NCBI RefSeq assembly: GCF_001194135.2
Contig: NC_068989.1
Span: 48,293,607 to 48,357,606 of the forward strand
Origin: Octopus bimaculoides
Lineage: Eukaryota
Reading direction: 5' to 3'
DNA length: 64,000 nt
Shown: piece by piece, positions 27,606-40,000 of the stretch
Numbering within the stretch: the stretch's first letter is position 1
Layout of the letters: every line of letters begins with the position of its first letter
Notes under the pieces: generated by a model
Told to the model about the DNA's origin: nothing
Databases searched by the model: none
What the model saw: the letters and a program-made list of their open reading frames with translations, nothing else
Program-made: the position numbers and the translations under genes

Positions 27606-29039
27606 NNNNNNNNNNNNNNNNNNNNNNNNNNNNNNNNNNNNNNNNNNNNTATATACTCGTGCGCGCGCGCGCACATACGCACACCACTCACACAAGCACG
27701 CGCACACAGACGCACACTCATACCAAACATAACAGCTTGAAAACAGCTTTTCTCAATTACTATAGAAAAAAAAAGCAATCACGAAGAGTAGTCTCCCTTA
27801 CGCTGTATACACTCTTAATCTTCGTGGAAGCTTGCAGGTGTTATTTTCTTTGGTAGTTTTGTTGTATAACTATAAACACATGCCATACGGGCGTAGAGTG
27901 AGGCGGGTCGTTTCTGTACGTTAATGCGGTTTCTTGCTCGAATTATATTCATCTAGGATTAAAGGTTTATGATTACGTAGTATCTGAGAGATAGATGTGT
28001 TTGTTTTCTCATCCACATTCTTGCATATTTTATCTGTTACGACATTTTCTCAAGTAGCTCGCTTTTAAATTTGCAAGATGGCAGAATCGTTAGCAAGCCG
28101 GACAAAATGCTTAGCAACATTTCGTAAATTTCTGTATTAACTCCCACACGATTTTCACTAAAAAAAAAAAAAACCCTGGATTTTTTTTTGCGGGGAATCA
28201 AGTACCCTGACCTCCTAATATGCTACAAATCCCTTATTTTGGTTCGAAAAAAAAAGGTGGGGGTGGAGACCGCTGCCCACCCCCCTCCACCTCCATCCTG
28301 CACTCATTGGAAATTTTTATTTTTTCGTTGAATGAATTCTTGTGACCTCCCAATATGCTACAAAACTCTTTTGGGTGTCCGAAAAACGGGGTGGGGTGAG
28401 GTGGAAGCTTCGGAAATTTTGGCATATATGTATATATATCATTGGTGATATATCATTGGTACTTATCAAACACGAATTGGGCCATTGTCACTCTGTAACT
28501 TCTACGTATTATTAATGTGTGTGTGTGTGTGTGTGTATAATGGACCCGAAAGTTGTTGTTCGCAAACAGCAGCAGTAATCTTCTTCAGCTGAATACATGT
28601 CATTGATTGGTTAAAATTACCCAAATACGACAACTTTAACACGAAATAATAATTAAAAAATCTGGCCGTCAAATTGAAAAGATCCATCAATTCTCCTATG
28701 AAAACAGCAGGATCTGCAAAACTCGCCTCGGGGGAAATTCTCATCCCTCTGACTCATAAATAATTTGTTGCACCAATTTATGAGAAAAGGGAGGCTCCAG
28801 GACACATGCAAGATTATATATCGCCGCTTTAAGATAAAACTATAGATAATAGCGTGCAAAAAAACTGGGTTAAAAGCCCTTTGGAAAGAAAAAGTCGAAT
28901 GCCGTTTTAGGTTTTTAAACCAATGCTATTATTAATAGCTTTATCTACTTCGAGTTCAACTTTTAAAGGCGATTTTTTTTAATAAATGCCATACAGGTCT
29001 ATGGGATAATAAAAGTCCTGATATTCTTAACAGAACAAG

Positions 29040-30240
29040 GGAGGCAAACTAGCAGAATTGCTAGCAAGCTGGGCAAAATGTTTAGCGACATTTCGTCTGT
29101 CTTTACGTTCTGAGTTCAAATTCCACCGGGGTCAACTTTATCGACTCCTTTAGGAATCGATAAAATAAGTACCAGTTAAGCACTGTAGTCGATGTAATCG
29201 ACTAACCCTTCCCCCAAAATTGCGGGCCCTGTCCCAAAATTTGAAACCGATATGTTTAATAGAACAAAAATTATTTCAAGACTAAGTTTAAAATAGTATT
29301 CTGAAAAGAGTGATTTTTATAAAGCGCATATTTTGTTTCTTTGTTGTGCCAACTGAGCCACTGAAATATCATCTTACACTTCCAGGGGTTACGAGCACCC
29401 TAGTTGGGGAACCTCCGGCTTATGTCATTCAAATTATTTCGACAACTACAGGAAACAAATTCAGCTGTATCTAGACATTGGTGAGCCGGCAGAGTCGTAA
29501 GTATACCGGCAACATGCTTCCTAGGCATTTCGTCGATCTTCATGTTCTTAGTTCAAATTCCGCCGAAGTCAACTTTGCTCTTCATCTTTTGCAGGCGATA
29601 AGATAAGTACCAGTTGAGTAGTGGGGTCGATGTAATCGACTTACCCACTCACCTGAAACTTCTGGCCTTGTGCCAAAATTTGAAGCCAATATTTAGACTA
29701 TTATTATTATTCAGGTCACTGCCTGGAATCGAACTCAGAATCTTGGGGTTAATAGCATGCCTGTGGGCATTTGCAGTGTTTTCTCCAACTCTTTACGTTC
29801 TGAGTTCAAATCTGATATCAATTGTACCTTTATTCCCTCCAGAGTTGATTTAGATGAAATACCAGTCAAGTACTGTGTTGAAATGATCGACTAGCCCTTC
29901 CCTCAAAATTCCTGGCTTTATGTCAAACTCAGAAGCCATTGTTATTATATTATAAACTAACCCCTCCCCTCAAATTTCTGGCAATATGTCAATGTCAGAA
30001 CTCATTATTACTTTGAAAAGCAAGCGTCGTGGGTTAGCAGAATCGTTAGTGCGTTGGATAAAATACCAAGCAGTATTTGTTCTAACACTTTATGTCGTCG
30101 AGAGTTCAAATCCTGCTGAGATCGACTTAGCCTTTTATTCCTCCAGATTCGATAAAATGAAGTATCGGCCTGGTACTAACTTTCATATAATCAACTAACT
30201 CTCTCTCTCTCTCTCTCTCTCTAAACCTTTGGCCTTATGT
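29040..30240 (+). mobile_element. Cluster of about four or five same-orientation SINE family A copies
   Basis: Repeated gagttcaaat..cctttc..gataaaataagtaccag..gatgtaatcgact..caaaatt modules. Confidence 0.75.
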
Positions 30241-30366
30241 CACAATATCGTTAGCTTGGTGCTAAATTTAGAAATAAGATGGTGAGTTAGAAAGTAATGC
30301 AATTTTAATATGCATTACTTTTTGATTCATTATTGCATATATAAAAGTTAGTCAAAAGGTAATGTA

Positions 30367-31710
30367 TCAGGTCATCCCATAAGTTCTGTCCGAATTTTGA
30401 ATAAAGAAAACAAGTGATCAAATGCTATATTTAATTGAAATTTAATCATCAATGTACTTTCGCTGCGTATCTATGACTTCCTTCCATCTATTTACAAGCT
30501 TTTTAATCCCATCAAATGTAAAACTCTTTTGGTTTCAAAGCGAAGAACTCTGAAATGTCAGTTTAGACCTCCTCCTGGCTTGCGAAAGTTATGTCCCCCA
30601 AATGATTCTGTAAACTACGAAACAAATGATAGTCTGAAGGAGCAAGGTCGGGAGAATAAGGTAGATGAGGAATTTTTTCCCAACCAAGCTCTTCGATCTT
30701 CTGTGGTGTGATCTTTGCAGTTNNNNNNNNNNNNNNNNNNNNNNNNNNNNNNNNNNNNNNNNNNNNNNNNNGGTAATGTATCAGGTCATCCCATAAGTTC
30801 TGTCCGAATTTTGAATAAAGAAAACAAGTGATCAAATGCTATATTTAATTGAAATTTAATCATCAATGTACTTTCGCTGCGTATCTATGACTTCCTTCCA
30901 TCTATTTACAAGCTTTTTAATCCCATCAAATGTAAAACTCTTTTGGTTTCAAAGCGAAGAACTCTGAAATGTCAGTTTAGACCTCCTCCTGGCTTGCGAA
31001 AGTTATGTCCCCCAAATGATTCTGTAAACTACGAAACAAATGATAGTCTGAAGGAGCAAGGTCGGGAGAATAAGGTAGATGAGGAATTTTTTCCCAACCA
31101 AGCTCTTCGATCTTCTGTGGTGTGATCTTTGCAGTTTGGGGTCGCGCATTGTCCAGATGAAACATCACTCCCTTTCGATTCACTAAAGCGGGCCTCTTTT
31201 TTATTCAAAGCTTGGTTCAAACGCTCTAATTGGTGACAGTAGACTTGAGCATTGATTGTTGCATTAGGTGGTGACAATTCAAATTCTTTTGCAATCCCAC
31301 CAGATAGAGAGAAAAACCTTTTTTCCATGAAGTTCCCTTCTCGGTTGTGGTTGAGCTTTTTCCCTTTTACCAAGCTACTGTTTACGACGTTTAACATTTC
31401 GATAGAAGATCCATTTTTCGTCACCAGTCACAAGTCTATCCAAAAAGAGGGAAATGAGTTCGCGAGAATGGATAGAAGAGCAGATGTCAACTCGGGATTT
31501 GTGGTTGCTCTCGGACAATTCATGGGGCACCCATTTTCCAAGTTTAGGAACCTTTCCAAGTTGTTGAAGATGACGATGAACAGTTGTATGGTTTGAACTA
31601 AGCTTTATTGCCGATTCTTCAACTGATAATGCAGGATTCTCTTCAAGTAATGCCTCAAGGACTTATCATCAAACTCAACTGGACGTCCTGTTCGATCTTC
31701 ATCTTCAAGG
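30367..31710 (-). mobile_element. Mariner transposon (transposase pseudogene); left 365 bp duplicated across an assembly gap
   Basis: FHLDNARPQT...WEKIPHLPYSPDLAPSDYHLFRSLQNHL motifs; TA+tcaggtcatcccataag terminus; frameshifts. Confidence 0.9.
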
Positions 31711-31933
31711 NNNNNNNNNNAAAAAAATGAAAAATAAGAGGGGGATAACTCTTAATGATTTCGTCAGCACAAATTCATAAATAAGTATTTTATTTGACAA
31801 TTTGTCTGCCCATTTTTCAGTTCTCACAACACCCTTTCCCTACGAGAATTCATTAATTTCAGTTAATTAATTTCTATAATCGGAGGTTTCTTCCTTTTCA
31901 AGGTGAAGTTTCACACGTGGATCGTATAACAGA

Positions 31934-32005
31934 ATGGCGTTATTATTACACAAAATAAGGCATGCGACCGTTTCTGACTGTGAAGACATTGTCCGTCTCC
32001 TGCAG
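31934..32005 (+). CDS. SAT-like copy 1, coding exon 1 (MALLLHKIRHATVSDCEDIVRLLQ)
   Basis: ATG at 31934; 72 nt ending CAG|gtattt. IRHATVSDCEDIVRLL matches the SSAT N-terminal IRPATAADCSDILRLI motif. Confidence 0.9.
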
Positions 32006-35000
32006 GTATTTATTTATATAACAGCAGTTTCCCCAACATTTTCACCTCGGCACAAATGTACAATAATGAAAAAAGTTCTAGAAGAAAAACAGCGTTTAAT
32101 TTTTTAAATATTTGATAAATGTTAAGATGTTTATTAATGTTGTTATGCAATAAACCTCCAGCTGAGCAATAACAAAACGATTACTGTACCGAACACTTAA
32201 CATTCGGTGATTTTTGGCGGGAATGACGGAAGCCTGGGATAGCTTACCCATAGAAGTAGGATTTTCTCCGTTTTGACGGAGATTTTTCTCTTTCTTTTTT
32301 CTTTTTTTTTTTTCTTTTTTTTCACAACACACATTTAAAATGATAGGGTAAAGCATCTTATGAAAACAAAGTTTTGTGTGCGGGAAGTAAAAGACTTTTT
32401 CAAATATTTTCTTTAAAAAATATTTGGATCTTTTTTAAAACGGGGGCCACATTTTTCATTAACGAAACACTTTGAAACTTGGAACACTGGTAGAATGTGT
32501 CATATAAAACATCTTTTTCTCTTAGTCTTCTTTAAAAAAAAAAGAAATCCCTAAGTTATTCCATGTTAAAGTTGTCGTATTTCTGTAATTTCAACCAATC
32601 ACTGACGTCCATTCAGCTGATATACATTAAGTGCCGACTACATAAACAAACGATTCTGAAACAATTCTATCGGTGATAGGGTTAGGGTTAGGGTTAGGGT
32701 AAAACAGCAAATTTAAAAAGAAAAAAGCAAATAAAACGAAGAAAAAAAAAGAAAATGAAAAAAGCAAATAAAACGAAGCTATGGCTTAATCAGCCAAAGG
32801 AGTAAATGTAAACAACTGAATACTTGTCAGTGATTGGTTGAAATTATCGAAATAAGACAATTTTTTACATGAAATAAATTCGAATACAAAAATATTTTCT
32901 GTTCTATAACACAAAATAGATAAGTATACGAAGTTTGAAAGTCTTTCGGTACCAAAAACACTACGTAAAACATTAATGAAAAATGTGGCCCCCGTTTTAA
33001 AAAAGATCCAAATATTTTAATCATTTGATAAAATCTTTTTAGTTAGTGGACACTTATTTTATGTTATTTTTATTTTTATTTTGATCTTTATTTATTTTAT
33101 ATTTGTCCATTAGGCTTTTTGGTAGTTTTGAATTTTTAGTCATTATATTTAACTTTTAATAAGCTGTTCTATTTGTATTTCATTAGAATATATATTTTTA
33201 CATTCTGTGATTTTATGTGTATGTATTATTTTTTTATGTGTTTGTAGACCATGGTGTTTTTTTATATATGATTAAATGTTTGAAGGGTAGTGTTGTATGT
33301 AAAGTCATTGACCCAAATTTAATGTTTGTTTTATAACCAATGGTTCTTTATACATATATACACATATGTATATATGTGATATCTTAATCTTGGTTCTTTA
33401 TACATATATATACATATGTATATATGTGCTATCTTAATCTTTTTGATGTGACTCTATACTGTTTTCTCCCCCATCGTGTTCTCTCCCATCCTTTTCTCTA
33501 ATTCCCTTTTTCTCCCCTCCACCATTTTCTATGTGTGTCTCTCTCTCCCCCTCTTTCTCGTTTTCTCTCTCTCATTGCTCACATGTGACCAATGTCCATC
33601 TTTCTTTTCCTTACACGATCATCTTTCTTTTCCTTCAGGACTGTCCAAACGACTGGATGTATTTATCTCTCTCTTCTGTCATTTCTTTTGTCAAAGAAAA
33701 TATTTCTCCAGCATTCGCTATTTAATCCTTGTTCTGATCTAATGATCCTCCATGTTTGTTTCCGTTCGGTTTCCTTGTATGTTTACGCTGTTCTGTTTCA
33801 GTTCCCAACTTTGACCCGCCATAAATCCCTCAAAAAACTGTGGTGAACTACCTTCACTCAATGGGCAAGGTTCAGAAACTCACTGCCTGGGTGCCACACA
33901 CTTTGAGCGAAAACAACAAAAATCAACCCTCCACAATCACTGCCAGATTGCTCGCTCAACATTGCTCAACACATGGTCACAGACAGTATTTTCTTTACTG
34001 CATTGTCACTGGCAATGGAAAATGGTTCCTTTATGCCAATATGAAGCAGTGAAAAGAATGGCTCAACCCCAGCAAACAAGTGATTCCACGAGCAAAACAA
34101 GACCTTCATCCTTGAAAGACCATGTTGTGTGTGTGGTAGGACTGGGAAAGCATAATTCATTACGAACTGCTTGAATACAACTAAACACTCAATGCGTATT
34201 CTACATTCAACAACTGCTCTGACTCAACAAAGCAATTCAGCAAAAAAGGCTGAATAGGTGAAATGGCATTCTTCTGCAACACATCACCAATCTGACCAAA
34301 GCCGCAATTCAAGAATTCTAATAGGAAGTGCTCCTTCATTCTCCAGACTCGGCACCATCAAATTTTCATCTCTTTCTCACTTTCAAACACTTTGTGTGGT
34401 TCGTCGTTCAGTAATGACATGGAACTGAGGGCTTGGTTGGATAAATTCTTTGAGTCAAGACCAGGAGATTTCTATTGCCAAGGCATCAAAAAAACCTATT
34501 GAACGATGGGAGGAAGTCATAAACAACAACAAAAAGTACATTATTGATTAGTTTGTTGTAGTTTTTTTGTTTAAAATAAATTTGAAAAAAAATGCTCTTG
34601 AATTATTCCTCAACCCAATATATTTTGAAAGAATTGGAAACGGGTGTTTAAATAACATAGGACTGAAGATTCTTGTTGAGATGGAAAGGAAAATGATAAT
34701 GATAATTCTAATGCTGCTTTTAATACTTATTTTTGGAGAAATTAATTTAAAAGCTGGAATTTTAATTTTTAAAATATTTTTTAAATATTTTGTGCTGCTC
34801 CATGTATCTTTTTCGTATTTTTATATATTTATTTATTTTTGGATGGTTTTTATCTTTTACTTGTGTCAATCATTGGACTGTGATCATGCTGGGGCACCGC
34901 CTTGAAGGGTTTTACTCAAATTGACCCCTTTATTTATTACATATTTTATTGGTCTCTTTTGCCGAACTGCTAAGTAATGGGAACATAAACCAACATCAAT

Positions 35001-35037
35001 TGTCAAGTGATGTGTGTAGGGTGGGTTCTAGCACAAC

Positions 35038-35099
<62 letters not shown>

Positions 35100-37029
35100 C
35101 ACACACATATATGATAGGTTTTCTTCCACACAGTTTCTGCTACCATATTCATTCACAAGACATTGGTCAACCTGATGCTACAGTTGAAGACACTGTGGAA
35201 CTGAACCCTAGACCACATGGCTGCAAAGTTAGCTTCTTGCCATATATCCATTGCCTTTTTTGGCATGGGTTGGACAGGTTGTCACAGTCAGAGTAAGTAC
35301 ATATTTGGTGGTACTGCTTACCTAGACAGATCAGGGTCTTCAGCTTTCTTGCATTTTACTTTTTGTTTGGTTTCTACAACTGGATGTCCTTTCTCACACC
35401 ACAGAGTATACTTTCTAGAGTGTACTGGGTGCTTTTTTTTTTCATAGCACCAACACTAGAGAGGTATTGTGTCCTTGACAAAACTGAAAGGTTCTCACAA
35501 CTTTACACTTTACAGAAAGTACTGGATATGTTTTTCATCACACTAGCACTAGAGAGGTAGCCATGTCCTTGACACAACTAAAGAAACCTCTTGCTCACTA
35601 GCTTTCTTAATAGAGTGAGCAACATTAATGATAGTCCTAAATGATTGTAATGAGAGTGGTATGTGATAAATGATGGAGAGATAGCAGTACTCAGTATTCT
35701 GAGATAAGCTTGCATATTGAAGGTAATTTCACAGAGAGGTAGAAATATGACAGAAGTTTATGTGGCCCAGGAGATAGGTCAAAGATCAAGGCCTAGTATG
35801 GGTGGGAGGAAAGAAATGTGCTGGTAGAATATGGAATAATGACTAACTGTACAAAAGGAGTTGTGGAAGAAGGGGTGAACATGGTACATATGATCCAATG
35901 TAGCCACCTGTGCAGAGACGATAGGATGGGCTGCAGTGGGGTGGTTAAGTGATGAGTGTTGTGGAAGGGAGGATGGCAATGTAGATGGGTCCTGTAGCAG
36001 TGATCAACACAAAGAAACATGAGGAATAGGGTCGTTATAGGTGCAATAGCATTCTTAGTTATACTGGAAGTAATGTATGGTAAAGAGTAAAGATCTCCTA
36101 CCATCCTTCACTACACCAGAATGTATAGTACAGTATGAATTGCATGGAGTGAATGATTAGAAGATGAGCAATAGGGCATGGGTGAAAGAATATTGTGTAT
36201 GACAAACTGAAGATGAATAGTGATGGCAAGGATGAGACAGTGCATTGTGTGATGAACATGAGAGACATCTGCTGCCATCTTTAGTTACACCAACAACAGT
36301 TTGAGAAGAAGATGCCAGTACCGCCTGAGTGGCTCTCATGCCAGTGGCACGTAAAAGCACCTACTACACTCTCGGAGTGGTTGGCATTAGGAAGGGCATC
36401 CAGCTGTAGAAACTCTGCCAAATCAGATTGGAGCCTGGTGTAGCCATCTGGTTTCACCAGTCCTCAGTCAAATCGTCTAACCCATGCTAGCATGGAAAGC
36501 GGACGTTAAACGATGACGATGATGATGATGATGGAGTGGTTGAGTGAAATGGATGAGAAACAAAAGGAATAGAGGCATGAGCAAAAAAGAGACATTGTGA
36601 CATTGGGGATAGTAATGTGGGTCATAAAAAGATGAGTGATAAGGATGTGTGATGCAAGAGATGAGAGCTATAGATGCAAGTGACAAGGGCAGTGAGTCAA
36701 ATGATATGGATGTTGGAGTAGTGAGAGATCATCAAAAAGGTTAACGGTATAGACTTGACGGTATATATGTATGTGCACATATATATATATATGTGCACTC
36801 ATGTACACACATGTAATGCTACCAGCCAATGTAATGTGGTCCTTTGTCATCTCCTCCTTGAAGTGTAACAGCTTCACATCTATCTTCACCACTTCATCTA
36901 GGCTTCATGTTTTTATTTAATATAAGTTATAAATTATAATGTAGAATCAAGTATCTAACAGTCTATAAATGATGAAGTAGATACATAATGTATTTGATGT
37001 ATTTTATAATTGGTAATCTAGATTTATTT

Positions 37030-37065
<36 letters not shown>

Positions 37066-40000
37066 GATAGATTGTGTGAATGATAATGTTCATAGTGTTT
37101 TTGAGTAGAATTTTTTCTTGTTAATACAAGGAACAAGAACAAACTGGAAAGAAGAGAAAACCACTTTCTGTTGATGGTAAGTTATTTTAAGCGGCCATAT
37201 TCAACCCAAATATTCTACCTGTTTTATGCTCAAACCAGACAAATCTGGCTTCTCACATCTACCTTATACACATCTACCTTATAGTGTCATTCTGAAAATA
37301 CACAATCATATCGAAATTTTGAAGTTATGAGATAAAGCATGATTCATTCAAAACAGCATGAATAAATAAGCATTGCATTTGACAGACTAATCTGAATACT
37401 AAAGGTTTAAAATGTCAAACAACACTGAAGTTCCATATCTTTGAATGTTAAAATTATATTGGGTTGGTTGCTAAATTTTCAATGACATTGAGAAGTTATT
37501 GTATGAGAAAAATGCATGTGAGACATGGATTTTTAACAGGTTAAGCAAAAGCATCTAGTTCAGTGGTTCCCAGCCTGGGGTCCACAGACCCCTGGTGGCC
37601 CGCAAAGGTAATACTGGGGATCTGTGAACTAAATTCAAAATTTTGTATGTATATATATATATATATATATATGTTGTTGGAACTCCGTCGCTTACGACGT
37701 CGAGGGTTCCAGTTGATCTGATCAACGGAACGGCCTGCTCGTGAAATTAACGTGCAAGTGGCTGAGCACTCCACAGACACATGTACCCTTAACGTAGTTC
37801 TCGGGGATATTCAGCATGACACAGTGTGACAAGGCTGGCCATTTGAAATACAGGCACAACAGAAACAGGAAGAAAGAGTGAGAGAAAGTTGTGGTGAAAG
37901 AGTACAGTAGGGTTCGCCACCATTCCCAGCCTTGTGGAGCTTTTAGNNNNNNNNNNNNNNNNNNNNNNNNNNNNNNNNNNNNNNNNNNNNNNNNNNNNNN
38001 NNNNNNNNNNNNNNNNNNNNNNNNNNNNNNNNNNNNNNNNNNNNNNNNNNNNNNNNNNNNNNNNNNNNNNNNNNNNNNNNNNNNNNNNNNNNNNNNNNNN
38101 NNNNNNNNNNNNNNNNNNNNNNNNNNNNNNNNNNNNNNNNNNNNNNNNNNNNNNNNNNNNNNNNNNNNNNNNNNNNNNNNNNNNNNNNNNNNNNNNNNNN
38201 NNNNNNNNNNNNNNNNNNNNNNNNNNNNNNNNNNNNNNNNNNNNNNNNNNNNNNNNNNNNNNNNNNNNNNNNNNNNNNNNNNNNNNNNNNNNNNNNNNNN
38301 NNNNNNNNNNNNNNNNNNNNNNNNNNNNNNNNNNNNNNNNNNNNNNNNNNNNNNNNNNNNNNNNNNNNNNNNNNNNNNNNNNNNNNNNNNNNNNNNNNNN
38401 NNNNNNNNNNNNNNNNNNNNNNNNNNNNNNNNNNNNNNNNNNNNNNNNNNNNNNNNNNNNNNNNNNNNNNNNNNNNNNNNNNNNNNNNNNNNNNNNNNNN
38501 NNNNNNNNNNNNNNNNNNNNNNNNNNNNNNNNNNNNNNNNNNNNNNNNNNNNNNNNNNNNNNNATATATATATATATATATATACATAAGGATAAGCATA
38601 TTAAAAGGGGTCCATGGGAAAACTCATTTAAATAAAAGAGTTGGGAACCACTGATGTAATTAAAATTCTTTCATAGAAAGTTTTGCTGTATGATACATCT
38701 AGTGGTCCAAGTCAAATAAACTTGGTCTTACCTGTGTGATGTTTCTTTGTAATCTGCATAGATTAAAGGCAAAAGAAATCACAAGCCAACCCCAAATCTA
38801 ATTTTGCTATCAAAATTATATCTTTTACTTGTTACAGTCGTTTGGCTGCGGCCATGCTGGAGCACCCACCTTCAAGAATTTTTTGAGTCGAATGAATTGA
38901 TCCCATTACTTTTTTAATGTCTGTCAAAGCCTGGTACTTATTCTATCAGTTGCTGTTACCAAACTGCTATGTTACGGGGATGTAAACACACTCGCACCAG
39001 TTGTCAAGCAGACATACACACACCCACACACACAGGTGTATGTGTGTGTATATATATGTATGTATATATGACAGGCTTCTTTCAGTTTCTGTCTACCAAA
39101 TTCACTCACAAGGGTTTGGTCAGCTTAGGGCTATAGGAGCTATGCAGTGCCATAGGAGCCAAGGTGCTATGCAGTGGGACTAAACCCAGAACCACCTGAT
39201 TAAGAAGCAAACTTCTTACCACATAGGCATGCCTATGCTTATGATGCTCAAGTTTGTCTAAAATATAGCAATTCACTCTCAGTCTTGAATTATGACTAGG
39301 AAATAATACCTATGGTTTAACTCAAATTATTCAGTCCTGTATAGTTTTGACACTTGGGGTTACTCTTTGAGCATTGAGCATGTTATATTTAGAAAATGCA
39401 ACTGACACTAATCTTTCGTCTATAAAGCTAACAGTAATCATTCACCTATTTACAGATAGCATTTATGTCATGCCTATGACACAGATGCTAATACTAATCA
39501 TAGTTTTGTTGTGACACCTTGAGCTAACACTAATCATTCATCTTTGTCATAAGTATGACACTTATCAGTTAACATTGATCATTCAATCATATATATATAT
39601 ATATATATATATATAGATAGATATATATATATATATATATATANNNNNNNNNNNNNNNNNNNNNNNNNNNNNNNNNNNNNNNNNNNNNNNNNNNNNNNNN
39701 NNNNNNNNNNNNNNNNNNNNNNNNNNNNNNNNNNNNNNNNNNNNNNNNNNNNNNNNNNNNNNNNNNNNNNNNNNNNNNNNNNNNNNNNNNNNNNNNNNNN
39801 NNNNNNNNNNNNNNNNNNNNNNNNNNNNNNNNNNNNNNNNNNNNNNNNNNNNNNNNNNNNNNNNNNNNNNNNNNNNNNNNNNNNNNNNNNNNNNNNNNNN
39901 NNNNNNNNNNNNNNNNNNNNNNNNNNNNNNNNNNNNNNNNNNNNNNNNNNNNNNNNNNNNNNNNNNNNNNNNNNNNNNNNNNNNNNNNNNNNNNNNNNNN

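Noticed and set aside
30358-31136. Apparent tandem duplication of the mariner end (30358-30722 = 30772-31136)
   Set aside because: Identical copies separated by a short N-run are the signature of an unmerged contig overlap.
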